A stretch of 64,000 nt of DNA from Burkholderiales bacterium (GTDB lineage: Bacteria; Pseudomonadota; Gammaproteobacteria; Burkholderiales; SG8-41): the NCBI GenBank assembly GCA_026125585.1, contig JAHCLD010000001.1, positions 1,433 through 65,432 on the forward strand. The letters run 5' to 3'. The notes below the pieces were generated by a model. The model saw nothing but the letters and a program-made list of their open reading frames with translations, was not told where the DNA came from and searched no databases. A program made the translations under genes and the position numbers. Numbering within the stretch: position 1 is the stretch's first letter; the number at the start of each line of letters is the position of its first letter. Positions 58,609 through 64,000 of this stretch are shown in pieces.

Positions 58609-59470
58609 ATTCTCCATCGACAAGCGCGCGGTGCGCCGCGCTTTTGACCGCGCGGCATCGACCTACGACGCGGCTGCGGTGTTGCAGCACGAGGTGTGCA
58701 GGCGCAATCTGGAGCGCCTCGATTTCATCCGCCATGCGCCTGGGCGTATCCTCGACGCCGGCAGCGGCACCGGCAATGCCTGGCCGGGGCTCGCGCGGCG
58801 TTATCCGCGCGCGCAAATCGTTGCGCTGGACCTTGCGCCCGGCATGCTCCGTCATGCGCGCGGAAGCCAGCCCTGGCACCGGCGCCTGCTCGGCCGGATC
58901 CCGGCGGCCGTCTGCGGCGATCTCGAGCAGTTGCCGCTGGCCGGTGCGAGTATCGACCTCGCCTGGAGCAATCTCGCGCTGCAGTGGGTCAACGCGCTGC
59001 CGCGGGCCTTTTCCGAGATGCGCCGCGTGCTGGCGCCGGGCGGATTGTTCATGTTCGCCACCTTCGGTCCCGATACGCTGAAGGAGTTGCGCGAGGCGCA
59101 GCCGGATGCCGGCGAGGCCCGCATCAGCCGTTTCATCGACATGCACGACATCGGCGACATGCTGGTCAAGGCGGGTTTCGCCGATCCGGTGATCGACATG
59201 GAGATGTTCACGCTGACCTACGACAGCGTGCGCGAAGTGATGCGCGACCTGCAGGCCATCGGCGCGAACAATGCCAATGCCGGCCGCTCCCGCGCATTGT
59301 CGGGCAGGGCCTGGCTTGCGGCGGTCGAACGCGGCTACGAGGCGCGCCGCCGCGACGGCAAGCTGCCCGCGACCTTCGAGGTGATTTACGGCCATGCGTG
59401 GCGGCCGCTGCCGCGCACCGGACCCGGCGGCCGTCCGGTGATCGACATCAGGGCGGCCGGTGGCGGCTGA
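58598..59470 (+). CDS. bioC: malonyl-ACP O-methyltransferase
   Basis: SAM motif ILDAGSGTGN. Position within the bio operon. Confidence 0.85.
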   Translation: MDTEFSIDKRAVRRAFDRAASTYDAAAVLQHEVCRRNLERLDFIRHAPGRILDAGSGTGNAWPGLARRYPRAQIVALDLAPGMLRHARGSQPWHRRLLGRIPAAVCGDLEQLPLAGASIDLAWSNLALQWVNALPRAFSEMRRVLAPGGLFMFATFGPDTLKELREAQPDAGEARISRFIDMHDIGDMLVKAGFADPVIDMEMFTLTYDSVREVMRDLQAIGANNANAGRSRALSGRAWLAAVERGYEARRRDGKLPATFEVIYGHAWRPLPRTGPGGRPVIDIRAAGGG

Positions 59471-60170
59471 GCGGCGCCCGGCCGCGGCGCGCGGCGTGTT
59501 CGTCGCCGGCACCGACACCGGCGTCGGCAAGACGCTGGCGGCCTGCGCGCTGCTGCACGGTTTTGCGGCGCTGGGCCTGCGGGCGGTGGGCATGAAGCCG
59601 GTGGCCGCGGGCGCGGTGCGCCGCAACGGCGCGTGGCACAACGACGATGTAGCGCAGCTGCGTGCCGCCTCCAGCGTCGAAGCCGGGCTGTCTTCGGTCA
59701 ATCCGTACTGTTTCGCGCCCGCGGTTGCGCCGCACGTCGCGGCCGCCGAGGCGGGCGTGGTGATCCGCACGACGACGATCGCCGCGCATTACGCGAGGCT
59801 GGCGCGTGTCGCGGACGTGGTCGTTGTCGAGGGCGTGGGCGGGCTGCTGGTGCCGCTGGGCCGCCGCAGTTGCGCCTCGGAAATCCCGCTCCGGCTGGGG
59901 ATTCCGGTGGTGCTGGTCGTGGGATTGCGCCTGGGCTGCCTCAACCACGCCCTGCTGACGGTGGACGCGCTGCGGATGCACGGTCTGCGGCTCGCCGGCT
60001 GGATCGCCAACCAGATCGATCCGCGGATGTCGCGGAAGTCGCAGAATCTCGACACCCTGCGCCAGCGGATCGGAGCGCCGCTGCTCGGTCTTCTTCCGCA
60101 TGCCCGCAATCCGCGGCCCGACAGGCTGTTCCGCAGGCTCGACATAAACGCTTTGAATACACGTGTTTGA
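59460..60170 (+). CDS. bioD: dethiobiotin synthetase
   Basis: GTG start. P-loop GTDTGVGKT. Confidence 0.85.
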   Translation: MAAERRPAAARGVFVAGTDTGVGKTLAACALLHGFAALGLRAVGMKPVAAGAVRRNGAWHNDDVAQLRAASSVEAGLSSVNPYCFAPAVAPHVAAAEAGVVIRTTTIAAHYARLARVADVVVVEGVGGLLVPLGRRSCASEIPLRLGIPVVLVVGLRLGCLNHALLTVDALRMHGLRLAGWIANQIDPRMSRKSQNLDTLRQRIGAPLLGLLPHARNPRPDRLFRRLDINALNTRV

Positions 60171-60264
60171 GTGAGCATTTGAGAGGGAAAACCGACTGTT
60201 TCCAAGGGGTATTTCGATTGCGACCACCCCCTCCGGTGTGCTACAGTCCGCGCGATTGAAAGGA

Positions 60265-60759
60265 ATGGTCGGTACGGTGATTGCACATCCCGTTTTCGGG
60301 CCGATTCTGGAACAGGAAGGCGCCGGATTCACGTATTTCAGACGCCATGCCGGTTCATTCGAATTGCGCACGTTTACCCTGGTCTTCGGTTCGCTGGCCC
60401 TGCTGTCGCTGGTGATCGCCGGCGGGTTCGCTGCAGCGGGTGCTTGGCTCATCGTTCCTTTTGCCGGACTGGAAATCGCCGCCTTGCTGACTGCCGCGGC
60501 GGTTTTCCTGCGCAGAGCCGGGGATTTCGAGCGGGTGGCGGTGCTCGGCGACCGCGTCGTGGTCGAGTTCCGGGAGCGGGGTTTGGCGGAGAAGTTTGAA
60601 TTTCACCGTGGCTGGGCGCGGGTGGTGACCGGGAAATCCGGAATGCCCGCGTTGCGCTCCCACGGCAGGACAGTGGAAATAGGACGGTACTGCGGTGATG
60701 AAGGGCGCCAGATGCTGGCGCGTGCGCTGCACAGCCGGCTTGGCGGCCACCGGACTTGA
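60265..60759 (+). CDS. two-TM membrane protein upstream of cox genes (DUF2244-like)
   Basis: Two adjacent TM helices then a soluble tail. Conserved position before coxB. Start uncertain. Confidence 0.55.
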   Translation: MVGTVIAHPVFGPILEQEGAGFTYFRRHAGSFELRTFTLVFGSLALLSLVIAGGFAAAGAWLIVPFAGLEIAALLTAAAVFLRRAGDFERVAVLGDRVVVEFRERGLAEKFEFHRGWARVVTGKSGMPALRSHGRTVEIGRYCGDEGRQMLARALHSRLGGHRT

Positions 60760-60791
60760 CGGATCAATCGGGCTTTAGGAGCGGGGGAAGA

Positions 60792-61928
60792 ATGGGCATC
60801 AAGGGGATCAAGGGTTTTGGCGCGGCGCTTGCGCTGTTTTTCTGGTCGGCTGCCGCCTGGGCCGAGTACAAGCTCAATCTGCAGACGCCGCATACGCGGC
60901 TCGGCGAAGAGATCTACAACCTGCACACCATCATCACGGTCATCTGTTTCGTCATTTTCATCGGCGTGTTCGGCTTCATGTTCTACGCCGTGTTCAAGCA
61001 CCGCAAGTCGGTCGGACACAAGGCGGCGCAGTTCCATGAAAACACCGCCGTCGAGGTGACTTGGACGCTGATCCCGTTCGTGATCCTGATCGCCCTCGCG
61101 GTGCCCGCGACCGGCACGCTGATCGCGATGCGCGACACCACGGAGCCGGACATGACCATCAAGGCCACCGGTTACCAGTGGAAGTGGGGTTATGACTACC
61201 TCAAGGGCGAGGGCGAAGGCATCAGCTTCTACAGCACCCTGTCCACGCCCCGCGCGCAGATCGACGGCAGCGACGTGGCCGGCCGCAAGGCCAATCCCAA
61301 CTACCTGCTCGAAACCGACACCCATGTCGTGGTGCCGGTCGGCAAGAAAATCCGCGTCCTGGTCACCGCGGCCGACGTGATCCACGCCTGGTACGTGCCG
61401 TCCCTGGCGGTCAAGCAGGACGCGGTGCCGGGTTTCATCCGCGACGCCTGGTTCAGGGCCGAGAAGACCGGGATCTTCCGCGGCCAGTGCGCGGAACTGT
61501 GCGGCAAGGACCACGGTTTCATGCCTATCGTCGTCGAGGTGGTGGAACCCGCGCAGTACACCGCTTGGGTGAATTCGCAGCAGAAGAAGGCCGCCGCGGA
61601 GAAGGTCGATCCGGACAAGGCCTGGACCATGGAAGACCTGAAGGCGCACGGCGAAAAAATCTATGCCCAGAACTGCGTGGCCTGCCACCAGGCGACCGGC
61701 ATGGGCGTGCCCGGCGCGTTTCCCGCGCTGTCCGGCTCGAAGATGGCGACGGGCCCGAAAGAGGATCAGGTCAAACTGGTGCTGAACGGCAAGCAGGGCA
61801 CCGCGATGAACGCGTTCAAGCATCTGTCGGACGTTGACCTGGCCGCGGTGGTGACCTACACCCGCAACAGCTGGAACAACAAGACCGGCGACATGGTCGC
61901 TCCCGCCGACGTCAAGGCGCTGCGCTAA
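60792..61928 (+). CDS. coxB: cytochrome c oxidase subunit II with C-terminal cytochrome c domain
   Basis: CuA site HAWYVP...CAELCGKDHGFM. Heme-binding CVACH. AGGAG RBS. Confidence 0.9.
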   Translation: MGIKGIKGFGAALALFFWSAAAWAEYKLNLQTPHTRLGEEIYNLHTIITVICFVIFIGVFGFMFYAVFKHRKSVGHKAAQFHENTAVEVTWTLIPFVILIALAVPATGTLIAMRDTTEPDMTIKATGYQWKWGYDYLKGEGEGISFYSTLSTPRAQIDGSDVAGRKANPNYLLETDTHVVVPVGKKIRVLVTAADVIHAWYVPSLAVKQDAVPGFIRDAWFRAEKTGIFRGQCAELCGKDHGFMPIVVEVVEPAQYTAWVNSQQKKAAAEKVDPDKAWTMEDLKAHGEKIYAQNCVACHQATGMGVPGAFPALSGSKMATGPKEDQVKLVLNGKQGTAMNAFKHLSDVDLAAVVTYTRNSWNNKTGDMVAPADVKALR

Positions 61929-61980
61929 CGCGGCAGGCAACGAAGGCAGGCAACGAATACAGGCTCCAGGAGACTCCCAA

Positions 61981-63576
61981 ATGGAAGCAGCACACGCACA
62001 CCACGGTCACCAAGGTCACGACGATCACGCCCACGGCCATCCCACCGGGATCATGCGCTGGATCAAGTCGACCAACCACAAGGACATCGGCACGATGTAC
62101 CTGTGGTTCAGCTTCACGATGTTCATCGTCGGCGGCATCATGGCGCTGATCATCCGTTCGGAACTGTTCCAGCCGGGCCTGCAGATCGTGCAGCCGGACT
62201 TCTTCAATTCGATGATCACCTACCACGGCCTGATCATGGTGTTTGGCGCGATCATGCCGGCCTTCGTCGGCTTCGCGAACTGGCTGATCCCGATGCAGAT
62301 CGGCGCGCCGGACATGGCCTTCCCGCGGATGAACAACCTGTCGTTCTGGCTGCTCCCTCCCGCCGCTTTGTTGTTGATCGGCGCCCAGTTCATGCCGGGC
62401 GGCGGCGCCGGCGTCGGCTGGACGATGTACGCCCCGCTGTCGACGCAGGCCGGCCCGGCGATGGACCTGACGATCTTCGCCATACACATCCTCGGCATCT
62501 CGTCGATCATGGGCTCGATCAACATCATCACCACCGTCCTGAACATGCGCGCCCCCGGAATGACGCTGATGAAGATGCCGCTGTTCTGCTGGACCTGGCT
62601 GATCACCGCCTACCTGCTGGTCGCGGTGATGCCGGTGCTCGCCGGCGCGGTGACGATGACGCTGACCGACCGCCACTTCGGCACCCATTTCTTCAACGCC
62701 GCGGGCGGCGGCGATCCGGTGCTCTACCAGCACATTTTCTGGTTCTTCGGCCATCCCGAGGTCTACATCATCGCGATTCCCGCCTTCGGCGTCGTGTCGC
62801 AGGTGATCCCGGCGTTCTCGCGCAAGCCGCTGTTCGGCTATGCCTCGATGGTCTACGCCACGGCGTCGATCGCGATCCTGTCGTTCATGGTCTGGGCGCA
62901 CCACATGTACACCGCCGGCATGCCGGTCGAGGCGCAGCTGTATTTCATGTACGCGACGGCGCTGATCGCCGTGCCGACAGGCGTCAAGGTGTTCAACTGG
63001 GTGGCGACGATGTGGAGGGGCTCGCTGACCTTCGAGACGCCGATGCTGTTTGCGCTGGGCTTCCTGTTCCTGTTCACGCTCGGCGGCTTCACCGGGCTGG
63101 TGCTGGCAATCGTGCCGGTGGACGTGCAGCTGCATGACACCTATTACGTGGTGGCCCATTTCCACTACGTGATGGTGGCCGGTGCGCTGTTCTCGGCTTT
63201 CGCCGGCATCTATTTCTGGCTGCCGAAGTGGACCGGCAGGATGTACAACGAGACGCTGGGCAAGCTGCATTTCTGGCTGTCGCTGATCTTCTTCAACGTC
63301 GCGTTCTTCGTGCAGCATTTCCTCGGCCTGGCCGGCATGCCGCGGCGCATTCCCGACTACGCGCTGCAGTTCGCGGAGTTCAACGCGATTTCGACGATCG
63401 GCGCCTGGGGATTCGGCCTGTCGCAGCTGCTGTTCCTCTACATCGTGATCCAGTGCATCCGCGGCGGCGAGAAGGCCCCGGAAAAACCCTGGGAAGGCGC
63501 GGACAGCCTGGAGTGGACCCACCTGCCGACGCCGGCACCGTGGCACAGCTTCGAAACGCCGCCGGTGCTGAAATAA
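61981..63576 (+). CDS. ctaD: cytochrome c oxidase subunit I
   Basis: 531 aa. WFFGHPEVYI and HHMYT motifs. Confidence 0.95.
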   Translation: MEAAHAHHGHQGHDDHAHGHPTGIMRWIKSTNHKDIGTMYLWFSFTMFIVGGIMALIIRSELFQPGLQIVQPDFFNSMITYHGLIMVFGAIMPAFVGFANWLIPMQIGAPDMAFPRMNNLSFWLLPPAALLLIGAQFMPGGGAGVGWTMYAPLSTQAGPAMDLTIFAIHILGISSIMGSINIITTVLNMRAPGMTLMKMPLFCWTWLITAYLLVAVMPVLAGAVTMTLTDRHFGTHFFNAAGGGDPVLYQHIFWFFGHPEVYIIAIPAFGVVSQVIPAFSRKPLFGYASMVYATASIAILSFMVWAHHMYTAGMPVEAQLYFMYATALIAVPTGVKVFNWVATMWRGSLTFETPMLFALGFLFLFTLGGFTGLVLAIVPVDVQLHDTYYVVAHFHYVMVAGALFSAFAGIYFWLPKWTGRMYNETLGKLHFWLSLIFFNVAFFVQHFLGLAGMPRRIPDYALQFAEFNAISTIGAWGFGLSQLLFLYIVIQCIRGGEKAPEKPWEGADSLEWTHLPTPAPWHSFETPPVLK

Positions 63577-63580
63577 GCCG

Positions 63581-63694
63581 ATGGTGCCCGCCGAGACCAG
63601 GCGCAACAACCGCCGTACGGCCGCCGTGCTGTGGCTGATTGTCGCCGGTTTCTTTTTCGGCGTGATGCTCAAGTACTACCTGCTTGCCCGATGA
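63581..63694 (+). CDS. 37-aa single-TM protein between ctaD and ctaG (cytochrome oxidase small assembly protein-like)
   Basis: Own translation: MVPAETRRNNRRTAAVLWLIVAGFFFGVMLKYYLLAR. Starts 5 nt after the ctaD stop. Its stop overlaps the ctaG ATG (ATGA). Not in the ORF track, presumably because it is short. Confidence 0.5.
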   Translation: MVPAETRRNNRRTAAVLWLIVAGFFFGVMLKYYLLAR

Positions 63695-64000
63695 AAAAAG
63701 AGCGCGCAAACAAGAGGCTGCTGGTCCGTTTGTCGGTCTTTGCGGTGGCGATGTTCGGTTTCGGCTTCCTGCTGGTGCCGTTCTACGAGAAGATCTGCGA
63801 GGTCACCGGCATCAACAACCTGATCAAGCCGGCGGCCACCGTCGAGAACACCCAGATCGACAAGTCGCGCTGGGTGACGCTGGAATTCGATTCCAATGCG
63901 CACCGGCTGGACTGGGACTTCCGCCCGGTGCAGCGCAGCGTGCGCGTGCATCCCGGCGAAATGATCCAGATCGAATATGAGGTGCGCAACAACGGCGACA
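63691..64000 (+). CDS. ctaG: cytochrome c oxidase assembly protein CtaG/Cox11, 3' end cut by window edge
   Basis: Own translation: MKKERANKRLLVRLSVFAVAMFGFGFLLVPFYEKICEVTGINN...WDFRPVQRSVRVHPGEMIQIEYEVRNNGD. Absent from the ORF track because no stop lies inside the window. Confidence 0.85.
   Translation, partial: MKKERANKRLLVRLSVFAVAMFGFGFLLVPFYEKICEVTGINNLIKPAATVENTQIDKSRWVTLEFDSNAHRLDWDFRPVQRSVRVHPGEMIQIEYEVRNNGD

Noticed and set aside
61932-61957. Perfect tandem duplication GGCAGGCAACGAA x2 between coxB and ctaD.
   Set aside because: Only two units, in a 52-bp spacer that also carries the ctaD RBS. Most likely a slippage duplication with no evidence of function.

Overview
Strongly G+C-rich chromosomal segment (percentage not computed). 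Gene content and local synteny look betaproteobacterial: uvrD, thrB, polA, lipA-lipB, dacC, argB, slmA, gpmI, grxC-secB-gpsA, comF/bioBFHCD and coxB-ctaD-ctaG. No rRNA, tRNA, CRISPR array, transposase or integrase was seen. The centre of the window (about 29.5-54.9 kb) is a complete MSHA-type type IV pilus locus in permuted order: mshE-G-F-B-A-C-D-O-P, a secreted poly-glycine ORF, two giant tandem MshQ-like proteins (1595 and 1875 aa), then mshI-I2-J-K-L-M-N. Three near-consensus sigma-54 promoters sit upstream of mshE and the two pilin genes. The signals I cannot explain with ordinary features are: (1) a conserved ~30-40 bp AT-rich box present at least six times, at pilus-locus module junctions, upstream of hsp20, between comF and bioB, and in frame inside polA where it is written in rare A/T-ending codons; (2) a reading-frame break between the poly-glycine ORF and the first MshQ-like gene, which suggests one split or frameshifted ~1930-aa adhesin gene; (3) a 172-bp inverted-repeat element made of 9-bp-spaced CACAGAG heptamers that fills the tlpA/lipA gap; (4) a probable 1-nt frameshift at the 3' end of secB. 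Functional calls rest on motifs read from the ORF translations and on remembered family knowledge. No database search was run.
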